A stretch of DNA of 63,941 nt, filler included, from Reticulomyxa filosa (Eukaryota > Protista > Foraminifera), in the NCBI GenBank assembly GCA_000512085.1. It is 15 parts of 15 records of this genome, joined end to end, with 100 filler letters (N's around TTAATTAATTAA, not from the genome) between each part and the next. Parts side by side here need not be neighbours in the genome. Positions count along the whole stretch, not along the records: positions 2,347 to 16,153 come from ASPP01010407.1; positions 16,254 to 17,480 come from ASPP01015945.1; positions 17,581 to 19,634 come from ASPP01043688.1; positions 19,735 to 20,844 come from ASPP01037955.1; positions 20,945 to 22,512 come from ASPP01004030.1; positions 22,613 to 27,899 come from ASPP01002766.1; 9 more parts are not named here. One strand, written 5' to 3'. Below are positions 14,182-26,477 of the stretch, piece by piece (position 1 is the first letter of the stretch; each line of letters opens with the position of its first letter). The notes under the pieces were generated by a model, which saw nothing but the letters and a program-made list of their open reading frames with translations, ran no database searches and was not told where the DNA came from. A program made the position numbers and the translations under genes.

Positions 14182-14703
14182 CAGTATATTGCAGAAAATT
14201 TAATAAAAAAATGTTACTTGTGAAGATGATCGATTTTCTCAGTGAAAAACAAACATTTAAATCTAATTTTTTTGATAAACATCTACAAATATTGTAGTTT
14301 TTTAAATATGGAATTGATTGGTTTTGTAATAACCGTCTTTTATGATGGACAAAAATATCATTTGCAAGAACGCATATAAATCGAAACTGTATTGGCACTA
14401 CAAAAATGTTAAATTTTTTTACGTAATCTTCAAGTCACACTACTTAAAAAAGTCAGCAAATTTTATTGTTACGATGCATGCACGATTGTCGGCTTTTCCC
14501 AAAATTTTCAAAAATCAATAAAATATTCAGATTTTTCAAGCAATTAGTAAATATTTAATAAAAAACCAAACATATTTAAAAATTACACGATTCGTAGATA
14601 TTTTTTTAAAAAATAGGTCTAAATGTTATTTCTTCGTATAGAAAATCGATCATCTACATAATATGCTGTTTTAGGTTTCAACTTTCTTTTGCATTCTGCA
14701 GTG
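14182..14703. mobile_element. Non-autonomous Tc1/mariner-like element (MITE) with ~150-bp imperfect TIRs
   Basis: 14182-14325 (TA|CAGTATATTGCAG...GATGATCGATTTTCT...) is an inverted repeat of about 14560-14703 (...AGAAAATCGATCATC...GCATTCTGCAGTG). The internal part matches 42790-42905 and 59260-59375 in reverse complement. Confidence 0.8.
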
Positions 14704-14957
14704 TTAAATTTAAAAGATACTACATAGCAAATCGGCTATATTCATATCATTTTGTGTTATGATTATTTGTATGTAGTTAATTACTCAGAACGCAGTTGAA
14801 TATTTGGTCTGTTAACAACCTTGGAAATAATTGCACTGTATTCATTCCAGTTTAAGCAAATAATTAATTCTAATGTCAAACTCATGCATGATAATTCAAT
14901 ATTTTATTTTGTTTATTTTATCTTTATTTTGAAGCAAATAAAACAAAAAAAAGAGAT

Positions 14958-16054
14958 TTATTTATGCTTTGCACTTTTGAGATACTGTTGTTCATTTATT
15001 AGCCCAACATCCATTAAATTAAGCATTTTTTCTTCCTTATTCCACATATTCAACTCCTTTCCAAACGCACTCAATTTTCTTTTTTTTTAGGTGGCTCCAT
15101 CTTTCTCTTGGCTTTATTTTTATACCCTCTGACTTTTTTTTTTTGTGTCAGTGGTTTGACTTTCAGCAATTTTTTGCAATTTTTCTTTATGTTCGCGTCT
15201 TTGTTGTCGCTTTCGTTTGCGCGCTTCGAGCATATGTTGTAATTTTTCCCGTTCTTTTATCCTACATTTTTCCTTGGATCTGTATTGAAACGGAATACTT
15301 TTAATTTGATCAATGGTAAGACCGTCTGGTGCTTTGAAAGATGAGCCGTCAACATCTAGCCCCTTGATCGTTGGAAACTACACAACATAGCATTACAAAT
15401 AGATTACAACAATAAAATGAAAACGTAATATTGCATGTGCGAAGTATGTGGTGTATATAATAAGATTGGAAACTGAACATAGAGTAGTCCCATGGCATTG
15501 GCAAGTTTGCCAGCATTTAATTTTCGCAATCGAAAAATATACAAGCATTCGTGATTGCTGTACGCACGAATGTAAGCGACGAAAGCTCTTCCCCCTTTGA
15601 CAAGGATATCACGATCCTGTTTTGTCAGGTCTTGCAATGTTAGCGTCAATTCCTCTTCCGGTGTGAGTAGAGACGAAGGCAGAGATAGGGATGGAGATGG
15701 AGGTGGAGGCGGAGACGAGTCATCCAAGAACTGATCGACGGAAGTGGCATTAGACTTTATCTTTGAGGGTCGCGCAATGGACATGTCCTTCAACAAAGGA
15801 CATCGGACATCCCATTGGTTGGGCTGAGATACAATCGGGACTTTCTTCACCCTCAACAAGTCGAGATAGTCCAACTCATGAGAGCGCAGAAACACCAAAG
15901 CATGACCAGACCGCCCCATACGAGCTGTCCTCCCAACTCGATGAATAAAAAATTCGCTTTGTTGTGGGGGATCCACTTGGATTATCAAATGGACATTTGG
16001 AATATCTACTCCTCTCGCTATCAAATCCGTACAAATTAATCCTCCATATTCGCA
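14958..16054 (-). CDS. DDX55: DEAD-box RNA helicase DDX55/SPB4, 3' part (5' end lost at contig break)
   Basis: Motif V/VI region DLIARGVDIP...QVDPPQ...FIHRVGRTARMGRSG, then the DDX55-type C-terminal extension RAFVAYIRAYSNHECLYIFRL...LANAMGLL, and a basic last exon ending TAA at 14960-14958. Confidence 0.85.
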
Positions 16055-16253
16055 CTGCAAAAACGTTTCATAAATTTCTATTACGTTTCATGTGCATGTA
16101 TATATGTGTGTGTGTGTGTGTATATATGTGTGTGTGTGTGTGTATATATGTGTNNNNNNNNNNNNNNNNNNNNNNNNNNNNNNNNNNNNNNNNNNNNTTA
16201 ATTAATTAANNNNNNNNNNNNNNNNNNNNNNNNNNNNNNNNNNNNNNNNNNNN

Positions 16254-17480
16254 TGGCACTGAGTTGCTGCAACTGCAATTGCACCGGCTGTGCGGCAACC
16301 GTCATCTCAATGCCATGCAGCTGCAGGCGCTCTATCACATCCTGATATTGCACCGGCAGCCAATAGGCTTTTGGCACCTCAACCGACACTGCCGGCTCGG
16401 TGATGATACACCCGGACGAAATCTTGAGTACAACGACCGGCTTGCCAGTCCAGCGCACATAAGGCCCTTTACTGATAGGGCTTTGCGCGACCTCATAACC
16501 AATACCTTTAAAAGGCATCCGCGCCGGTTTGGCCGCTTGCTGATACGCCAACACTTGTTGGGCCGAGCGCGCCTGCTCATCGGCTTTTTCGCCAGCTGCA
16601 GCGCTTTGCCCTGCTCGTCCAAGCAGAACGTAAACTTTGTTCCAACAGACACATAGGTGCCGAGCACGCGCTGGCGGAACGGCTTTAAGCTGTGGTTTTC
16701 CACCAGCACAGTGGGCAAATGCCGCACATCACCATAACCGTTGGAAAAACGCGGTGTGGCGGTCCAGTTGTTAATGCCCTTTTTAAAATCAAGCGGATCG
16801 GCAGCAAATACCAACGGCCCTGGTATATGACCGGCTGCAGTTAACGCGGCATCGAGCGCCGGCCGGTATACGGCTTGCAGCCAACTGGCGCCGTTCGGGC
16901 TTTGGCTGGAAGCCGGCTCGGTAAAGCCGAAGGTGATATCGTACTGGTAATCCTCGCCGTCAGTGACATGCACATCAATGTAGAGATCAGGCTGGTATTG
17001 GTTGATCACACCAAGCACGGCACGCAGGCTCAGGTGCATCTAATTTGGCGTAGTCACGGTTTAAGTTCAGATTGGTGCTGGTATTGCGCCAGCCCTGCTC
17101 CAGCGGCCCCCGTTGGTTCATCCGATTAAACTGGCTATGTCGTTCATGTGCATCGACCGACAGTACCGGAATAAATAACAAATCCACCTGCGCCAGCAAG
17201 TCATTTTTGCCACCCTGCGTGATGTCACGCAGTAACATCAGACCGGCATCTTTGCCGTCGATTTCACCGCTGTGAATGCCGGCCTGCACCAGTAACACCG
17301 GACGGCCTTGTTTACCAATCTGCTCCGGCTGGCGGCTGGCTTTCACCAGCCAGATATCGCGGCCTTGCGGGCTTTTACCGATGGATTCGAGGCGCAGCAA
17401 ATCGCTTTGCGCCACCAGTTTTTGTAAATACGCGTGCATTTGCGAAAGCGAGGCGCTTTCAGTCAGATTGGTCAGCTCAG
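16254..17480 (-). CDS. Bacterial M14-family zinc carboxypeptidase-like protein, internal fragment with frameshifts
   Basis: QAGIHSGEIDG (HxxE), NQRGP, NLNRDY and DLYIDVHVTDG motifs. No introns. GC about 55% in sampled lines. The reading frame is split over ORFs 17439-16987, 17039-16335 and 16554-16254. Confidence 0.9.
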
Positions 17481-18417
17481 NNNNNNNNNNNNNNNNNNNN
17501 NNNNNNNNNNNNNNNNNNNNNNNNTTAATTAATTAANNNNNNNNNNNNNNNNNNNNNNNNNNNNNNNNNNNNNNNNNNNNTTTTAACTTCTTGGTAATGA
17601 AAACAGCTTTTCGTCTTTTACAAATATTTTCATTAATTATTACTTTTCATTATAAGACTTTCAACTGAACATTGACTTTAACAATAAAATATTATTAACG
17701 TTTTGTGTTATATTTTTTTTTGCAATACCCAAATGATTTTTTTAAAGGATTTTGTTTTTTCTTCAACTCTTTTTTTTATTTAAAAAAAAATTGAAACATT
17801 TGCTTACATTCCGCAATGAGACAATGGCATTAATTGGCCAAATGCTTCATAAAAATGGTCATAATTAGAAAATATGTCAAATGTCGAAAATGTAATTTGA
17901 TAATTTCTCTTGTCCGCTCCTCTAAGTCGCTTCGTGACACTCTTTTGACTTGATTTGAAGGTGAACTGATTATTATCGCTTGTTCTAAATCAGTCACACT
18001 TTGTAAAGAACTGAAAAATTTTAATAGATCATTTATTAGCTGCACCTTCCGGAGCATTATTTTTATATATAGAAAGGGAGCAAACAACACGTGAAACATT
18101 CAAGTAAGAGCAATCAATTGTCACTTGTACAAAATGTCGAGCATTTACCAAAGCCTAAACATTTCTCATTTCTACAATAAACAATTTGAGCACAAAAAGA
18201 AGCAAAAAATTAAACATGTGAAAAGTAAACGTTTGGTAAGATTTCCTCATTCCAGAATGTTCCAAACAGAAAAGAGGTCGTTGCTCTCTAAAAATTATAT
18301 AGATTGTTCGCTTTCATACAATTATGACGCACATGTTTTTATATTGTTTATGCCAAATTCAAAATTTTGCAAAGCTATAGTGAAATTTTGGAGGCAGAAA
18401 AATTTTTAATGTGGGAG

Positions 18418-18641
18418 TGTAGGGCAAGCCCTTATCACACATGGCTGAACGCTTATGGAACTGAGGAGCTCCCTTTGGGTTGAACCTCCTCAACAAACTA
18501 CCTCCTACTTGTTTTCTCTCTTACTTCTTTTGTCTTTTGATTATTCTTTAATTTACTTTTGTTTACTGAAAATCACTCTCATTGAGAGTAACACTCTTTC
18601 GTATTACATTTAGAGAAGCTCTTCACTGTAGACTCCCCACA
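18418..18641 (+). mobile_element. Solo LTR (224 bp) with 4-bp target-site duplication GGAG
   Basis: Begins TGTAGGG and ends CCCCACA. GGAG lies on both flanks (18414-18417 and 18642-18645). Homologous along its length to the reverse complement of 28199-28394. Confidence 0.85.
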
Positions 18642-19734
18642 GGAGTTTGCTTAAGTATTATAAAAAAAATGTCCACTACCTATGCCATTGTCAAAAATTG
18701 TTAATAAGCCTAAAAACAATTGGAGAATTACTTTAAAATATATTTTAGAATTTTAAACACAATATGATCATCTTTTTTCGCATAGTGAACACATACCTCT
18801 TCAAAGAAATTAGATTCCATTTGCAAATGCATCAACCAGCGTTTGAATCATCGGCAGATTGCCCTTTTCTGTTCATTTGGTTTTGTGCAAATACAATGAT
18901 AATGTTAGAAAAAAATATTGTTTTGGCCTCAAACAGATTCCTCTTAGATAAATCAAGTTTCCTTATGATTTGATGGTTTAGAGTTCTATAACCTCCAGAT
19001 TCTCGCCGTGCAAATTCTTGGTGCTTTAATAAAACGAAATATTAAGATAACCTTGGGGTCATGCTATTCCAAAACAAATTTGAAAATTAAGAAGCGACTT
19101 CTGAAACTGACATTGCTGTGCATTTCTGTTTTTTTCGAAAAAAAATACTGTAATCATGGTAAACCTACCTCTACTTTTGGCAATGTTCTGGAATGCAAGT
19201 TTATTTTTCCCCAGACTAAGAAAACTTTTACTTGACCCCGTTCTTTTTTTTGAAGTTCAATATAGATCATGTTGAGATTTTTTTCGTTTTTATTTACTCT
19301 AGTCTTTTGTCGCTCGGCATTGGGGATAATCATAAAATATGATTTTCAATCAGGAGTTGAGACAATTTCAGTTCTATGCATGCAAGCATAATCATACAAG
19401 CAAAGTAGTAAAACAGAAAGTGCAAACTTGAATAGCTTAGACCACATATATATCAAGTATTTGGTTCAGTAGCAATGTACAATGGGAAAGACTCTCCTTC
19501 ATCATCTCCTCCAGGAAACGGAAATTCTTACATTCGTCATCGTTGTTAAGTTGATAAAGAAGCAAACAAGCAAAAAATTTCCAACAATTTTTGAATCTTT
19601 TTTTTTTTTTAATCATTCTTTCCCTAAAAAAAAANNNNNNNNNNNNNNNNNNNNNNNNNNNNNNNNNNNNNNNNNNNNTTAATTAATTAANNNNNNNNNN
19701 NNNNNNNNNNNNNNNNNNNNNNNNNNNNNNNNNN

Positions 19735-20131
19735 CGGTCAATTGAATAGCTGGCTGAAGTCCCACAATGGATATGCCGATCAAGATTTGATTGTTTGGGC
19801 ATCAGTGGACTCATTTGGACCATCATTCCAAGGTATTGAGTATGGTGTGTCAGTTCAAGATTTGGTAAATGGAATTAACCAATGCCACGGTATTATTGCT
19901 AACGTTAAAGACGGCACTCACGTTACGTTTGTTTTTTTTTTTGCTGTTGTTTATATAGTCACTCATCCTTTTATAAGTAAATTTTTGTTTGCACCCTTTT
20001 TTTTTGGTTTGAAATAGTGGGTATTGTTGACTGGCTACGCTGGCAATAACGTGTTCTATGTAAATGACCCTGCTGACTTTTCGTCAACTTACGCATATTC
20101 TGGCATGTCCCAATGGGCTGTTTATCATTAA
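19735..20131 (+). CDS. Peptidase C39-like (papain-fold) protein, 3' part; exons 19735-19921 and 20018-20131
   Basis: Spliced product GQLNSWLKSHNGY...IIANVKDGTH|WVLLTGYAGNNVFYVNDP...WAVYH* contains the H-W-V-x-x-x-G-Y...NDP signature. The catalytic Cys region would lie upstream of the contig start. Confidence 0.75.
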
Positions 20132-20965
20132 TAGCATGGCTTCAAATGATGAATTGTGTTTGTTGGCACCTTGTAATTGAATGTGCTTTTTTATCTTTTT
20201 TCTTTTTTTCCTAAGTGCATTTCACACTAGTGAAGCTTAACATAGAAGAATTTTTTAAAAAAATGCCCGCCACGTAGCAACTGGCAGAGTAACGTTCTCA
20301 AAATTTTTCTTTTTTTTGAGCACATGCATTTGTTCGTGCTTGATTTGGGTCTCTATCTGGTATGCTGTAATTTAGTCATAATGTACATCTTCTCTGAAAT
20401 CAATACGATTCATTTTCTTTTTTGTTCTGATAAAAAATTTTGCATTTTTATTTTTTTAAAAAATTTCTTAATAACACATTTAAATTTAAAAAAATTTTTG
20501 AAAGATAAAATAAAAAACCAACAATATTTAAAAAATACAAGAAATGTTATTTTTTCATTAGGAAAATCAATTATATTCTAAAGTGCCGTTTTATGTTCAA
20601 TTACCACTTTATTGCAGTATATATTGTAAATTTGGAATTGTTGGTACTGCATTTTTATATGCAACAATGTAATTCAATAAATAGACAATATTCTTAATGA
20701 AATTCAAAGATATGACAAAACATTTTCCATTTAATAAGTTCATGTTCTCATGTGGTGCTTCAACTAATGAAATAAAAAAATACGATTATTTTGTTTATTG
20801 CATTTATTCATATGATATAATAAAATTTTTTTTGTAATACAGAANNNNNNNNNNNNNNNNNNNNNNNNNNNNNNNNNNNNNNNNNNNNTTAATTAATTAA
20901 NNNNNNNNNNNNNNNNNNNNNNNNNNNNNNNNNNNNNNNNNNNNATATATATATATATGTATTAG

Positions 20966-22512
20966 AAAGATGCAGAACACAAGGAGGATGCATTTGATCC
21001 GAACATTTGTTACGTGCTGACGATAAACCCCACAGGACAACAAAAGTACGCGATGGAAGTGGAGCGTGAGAGCAACGAGGGGTTCAATGTGTTGAGCTTG
21101 ATAGTGCAAGAGAGCGACTTGGAATGTCTGAAACAGATGATTGAATTGGGTGGGAAGATAGAAGTACCTTCGAACGACGGCGTGCATAGTGTGTTGCCAA
21201 TGGCATATAAGCGCTTCCTCACCGTAATGGCCGAAGAGGAGCATTTGCAAGGAATTAACGCACCCTTCTCTGTTACGGATGTGCAGCATCGACTCGAAAC
21301 GCAACGGCAGTATCACGAGCTGTTCAAATTCGTGCTGCAGAATTTGGCCGACACTTTACATAATAGTGGGATCCACTATCTGTACTCAAAGTGGTCAAAC
21401 ACACGCTCGGCTCTGAAGAGTGACTTTTTAGGTGAAATGCTCATTCAATGCTATGGCTTTCAAGTGTTATACGACAGTGTCGTCGCCGTTAGCAACGACA
21501 TTGGCAACAACTCCGCGCAATCGACATGGACAGATATTGCGTTGTCGGTGCTCCGTTACTTTAAAAAAGTGAGCGTGGAAGCCATTAACATCAACAACAA
21601 CAACAACAACAACAACAATAACAACAGCAATAACAGCAATAACAACAACAACAGCAATAACAGCAATAACAACATTAGTAATGAAGATGCCAATGCAATG
21701 ACGATTGCAAGTCTATTTAATAAAAAGAATAAAAACAACAACAACAACAACAACATCGCTGAGACAATGGCTAAGTTCACTTCAATCGCACAATCTTTTT
21801 TGAACCTAACAAATTTGATCAGTTGTGCTTCAAAGTCATGTCCAGTGGCGAATCGCGATTGTCCAAAGTTTGGTGATATATATATATGTGTATATGTATA
21901 TATTGTATTTGACTAATATAATAATTTTAAAAAAAAAAGTTAATAGCATTTTTGCTATCGCCGAAAAGCATACGACAACTACTACTGCCAGACAGAGGGG
22001 ACAACCAATCAGTGAAGCAAAGATGCGCGGACTTGAAAGTGCTGGCAATGCTATTCTCGTGCATTGAAAAGCACTTGGCCAGTGCGTATCAAATGGAGTT
22101 GTTTCAAACCTCTCAACAGGACAATCATTTCTTCCAAGTCCTTTATTCCAAGTTTCTCGCCTTTGTCTTTGTTATCCACAAGGTCGTGCTGTTGCCACAT
22201 TATTCGGCCCTGGACAACAATACGTATGAAAGTGAGATGGACAGTGAAGTGAATGCGCTAAAGCGGATGTTGACAGAGTGGCACGAGAAGTGGTCCAATT
22301 CAATGTACAAAGCGCTGTTGCAAATGGCGATCGACACGTTATACAACGGCTTGAAGTTGGGCCAATTGAACGTGCGTCGTCTTTCGTTGGCTACACACAG
22401 CTACTACTGCTTCTCGCAGGTCGTGTGGAACATGCACAAAGATTATACGTCTGTTCTTGGTAGTACAAATCATGATAACGATGATGATAATGATGATAAT
22501 AATGATGATAAT
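20966..22512 (+). CDS. Fragment of a large unknown protein with poly-Asn tracts and a possible ankyrin-like segment
   Basis: Long ORFs 21014-21916 and 21952-22512 are joined by a probable intron at about 21873-21946. GFNVLSLIVQESDLECLKQMIELG is weakly ankyrin-like. Both ends are truncated. Confidence 0.65.
21586..21675 (+). repeat. (AAC/AAT/AGC)n coding microsatellite (poly-Asn/Ser)
   Basis: Directly visible trinucleotide repeat in frame with ORF 21014-21916. Confidence 0.95.
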
Positions 22513-22612
22513 NNNNNNNNNNNNNNNNNNNNNNNNNNNNNNNNNNNNNNNNNNNNTTAATTAATTAANNNNNNNNNNNNNNNNNNNNNNNNNNNNNNNN
22601 NNNNNNNNNNNN

Positions 22613-22654
22613 TAAGATATGTTTTAGGCGTTCAGTTTTCTTTGCAACATAGTG
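22613..22654 (-). mobile_element. Tc1-like TIR end at contig start
   Basis: GTTTTAGGCGTTCAGTTTTCTTTGCAACATAGTG|TA is the near-exact reverse complement of 2913-2947. Confidence 0.75.
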
Positions 22655-23900
22655 TATTTCTGACAAAAAGTTATTTGAGCAAAAATGTTTGGCCAAATTA
22701 GAGTTTGTATTTTTTTGGGATTAATTTATGTGATCACTCTTTAAAAGTGATCAGTTTATGAAAATAAATTTATTGGCCTTCCTTGGCAATGACAGTGTCT
22801 TGCAAATATTTCTAAAAATAGAATCATTGTCTAATTTCTACTCTTATGTACACACTTTGGCTTGATTTCTGATAAAGTTTTTGTCGCGAATGTTGCTGTG
22901 GATATTGTAGTTATGTAAAAAAACTTTGCCTTCGTATTTTTTGTGGCAAGCACGTACGTACACTACACGCAGACAAGAAACAAAAACATTGCCGACGACA
23001 ATGCCAACGAAAGAAAGTGTTATGAACATAACCAAAATCGCTTAATACATGCTTCAAATCAAACAGAAGTATTGAAAATGAACAAAGCAAGTAGAGTTTG
23101 ACAATACGATACCTTTGGACAAGAAGATGCATCATTATTTCTTAAAATTGTCTTTTACATCCTATCTACCAAATAAACATGTTTAGAATTTTTGTGTTAG
23201 TCACAATGTAATTCCACTGATTACTCGTAACTTAATTGTAAAGATAGCAAATTAATGTGTTTAGTTAAAGCTAACATGATTTTCAACAAAGTTTCTTCTA
23301 ACAAAAAGTTCTGTTTAAGAAAGGAAACGTTGTAGTCTTTTTTTTTTTGAAAAACGCAGTAATATTTTTTTTCACAGACGAATCATAAAGGCGAAAAATA
23401 ACAAGCTAGTCAAAAATGTGTTTGTACACATTTTTGAAATATAGCAGCATGATCAGTGCAAATATTCAAAAGTAAAACAGCGTGAATTATTAACAATTTG
23501 CATGATTTAAATATGACTTTACAATCGAATGAAGGGATAAAGTTAAAAAATGTGATAATGAGTTAAATTGGAATTGTAATTTATAGTAGTGTTTTTGTTT
23601 GAAACAGATTTATTTTTTGAAGATAAGACATTCATGTTTCAACATTTATATTTTCCCATCAACAACTAACACATTTGTGTTTTTTTTTGTGACCTTAAAC
23701 AAATGATTTTTAAGCAGATTTTGCATTTTTTTGGAAAAAGGATAAAATATAACAAGTATATATCTAGAGTATTTAAAGCAATCTGCACTTTTCAAAGTAT
23801 ATTCACGCCATTGTATGATAAATTTTTTTAAAATAAAAAAGACACCGTTTTCGTGTATTCAACTTTTTTAAAAAAATCTAAACTATTTAACATTAACAAT

Positions 23901-25091
23901 ATGAGTAAACAAACTTTTCAATTTTTGAAGGAATTGCCCACCCCACTTAAAGCATCTCAATGTGTGCTACACAAACACGAACTCCTCATTTGTGGAGGTG
24001 ACGAACAAAGAGTTTGTTATTCTTATGATATACTCAAGAACGAATACAAGTTTATCTGTGAGTATCCAAGTGATGTTCAATTATGGGGACACTGTGTAGT
24101 AAAACTGGTAGATAACAACAACAAGGACAATAACAAAATCACGTTGTTGTCTTTTGGTGGATATTTTAAACATACATTGATGATGAAATATATGAGTGTT
24201 TGGAGTAATACATCAAACAAACCAAATAAATTAAGCAATTACAATCAATGGATTCCCTTCAAAGACAATCACAATAATCCAATTATTATTGGAAGAAATA
24301 ATGATAATTATGAAGGAGTTCGTGCAGTAATTGGTGGAAGTAATAATCATTTATTATTTATCACTTATCCAAATAATATTAGTGTGTTTAATTTAAATAC
24401 ATTTCAATTTATTAAACATGACACTTTACCAGCTGGTAATTGGATACGATTTCATTGCTTTGTATTAAAATCAGAAAATGGACAAGAACAAAAAATGATA
24501 AAAACAGATCAAGAAAAAAATAAACAAAGTTATCAAATGCTATTGTTTTGTGAAAAGACAGGACTATCAATTGAATATGGTGAAGATAGTAATACTTTTC
24601 AATTTCGACTACCTATTTGTGATGACATTGCACCATTCAAAGAGTATGCATGTGTATGCGTCAATGATATCATCTTGTTCTTTGGTGGATGGGATTGTGA
24701 TAATGGTGCTATTTCAAAATCAATACACAAGTATTTAATTTCAGAAAACAAATGGATAATATTTCAAAATGCTTTACCCAGTCCATTGGGTTTATGTGTT
24801 GCAATACTGAATGAGGAAGACAATAATATACACATCATTGGAGGAGTAGATGATAAAGATATAATGGTGTCAACTCACATGAAGACTAAAGTGAGTGTAT
24901 GGGATTGTTCACAGTTGGTAATAATTTGTTTATTTATTATTTATTTATTTTAATGAAACAGATTGATAAATAATAACGAACAGTCAAAAAATGAAATGAA
25001 AAGTATTATTGAATATTGGATTCAAAATTTAAAGATAAAATTGGGATGGATCGATGATTTTAATAAAATTATTATGAAATACAGTAGGTAA
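23901..25091 (+). CDS. Kelch-like beta-propeller protein with C-terminal IIxYWI...LGWIxDF module; exons 23901-24917 and 24984-25091
   Basis: Kelch-type GG motifs (LLICGG, LLSFGG, AVIGG, LFFGGW, IHIIGG) with LP-x-PL spacing. Phase-0 intron TTG|GTAA...CAG|TCA. Last exon SKNEMKSIIEYWIQNLKIKLGWIDDFNKIIMKYSR*. Confidence 0.85.
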
Positions 25092-25469
25092 AATAGATTT
25101 TGAAGAAGCATAATTAAAATATTTGTCAATCATGATATCTTTAATATGGTATTGATTTTATAATTATGAAATTTACAATTTTTGTTTGATATTTATTTCC
25201 AATTTGATTATTTTAAAATTTAGGGTGTGATCTGCTTTTTTGTTATGATCGTTTCTCAAGCGTCGATGTTTGAAAGATTAGTTTTTATTGAAAACCTTTT
25301 GAAAAAAAACTTGTAATATGAATGACATACAGTTTTGGGAAACTTTTTAAAAATTACTTATCTTCATTGAAAAAGAAATTACATGTATTGTTAAACCCTT
25401 TCATAGAAAAACTAAATCATTTTCCATTTTACATCATCAAAAACGATTTTAAGCAAAAAAACAAAAAAA

Positions 25470-25610
25470 GTTGAAAAACGACAACGCTTAGCAATGAAGA
25501 CGAACTTCAACACAACTAGCATTAGTAAACTTATTAAAAGCTTTCAAAAAGCTTATTAACTTTTTTTTTGGGTATTCGATTAAATAAGAATGAATTATGT
25601 AGAGGAACAT
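25470..25610 (+). pseudogene. Heavily deleted relic of a WD40-family gene
   Basis: acgacaacgcttagcaatgaagacgaacttcaacacaactagcattagtaa resembles WD40 exon 1 plus its donor (compare 45633-45582). gggtattcgattaaataagaatgaattat resembles the coding sequence of WDIRSNKNEL. Confidence 0.55.
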
Positions 25611-26477
25611 TATGTCTTAAATTTATAGAATTAAAGAAGAAATTAAGTAAACAATGAACAAAAATCAAATTGTGATAGTTGTCACATTGATGAAGATTTA
25701 TTTTCAAAGATTGTCTTATATTTTTATAATTAAAAAAGAATTATGGAAATTTATCTTTTTTTTAGTAAGAAAAAAACCCTATTTTCTTAGTAATGTTTTT
25801 TAATTTTTAAAACGTCCTTTAGAGAAGAATTTTATGAATATGCTGCCGAAATACAAATTTAAAAAAAATTTTAAGATGTTACTTCTATAATTTGAAATGA
25901 GTGCAAAAAGATAAGATAAAATTTTTATTCAATACTTTTATAATGATGATTTATCATCGTTATAAAAAATCCTTTTTAAATCCAATAAATGAAAACAAAG
26001 AGTATTATGAGACAACTCAAGTCTGTATTATACGTGGATAAAAGTCAATTCAATGGTGTGATAAATGAATTATTTTTGATATCTTTTCTACTCTTACAAT
26101 TTTCCTAAAAAAACTTGTCTTTTCAAAGATTGTCAAAATTAAGAATTAATCAATTTTGTTTGTTTGTCTCATTATATGATATGAAAAGTAATTTTTTAAT
26201 TTCGAATCAAGTATATTGTCATCACGTAATATAATTCAATAATGATATGTTTTACATTTTATTATTGATAAATTAATAGTTGTGATGTTTATGTATCATG
26301 AGTTCATATGCAAAGATCTTATTTGTGTTTGAATATAAATATTTTTTTAATTTTCCAATGCGCACTTTTAAGACAACATTACAGAATCGATTTTTATAAT
26401 TCTTTCTATATTTTTCATTAATTAATTAGGTAGCAAAAATCATTTAAGAAATGAATTTTCATTTCACAAAAAAAAAT

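Noticed and set aside
15404-17480. Helicase next to a bacterial peptidase as an HGT island or operon
   Set aside because: They are on different contigs separated by a linker, so the adjacency is artificial.
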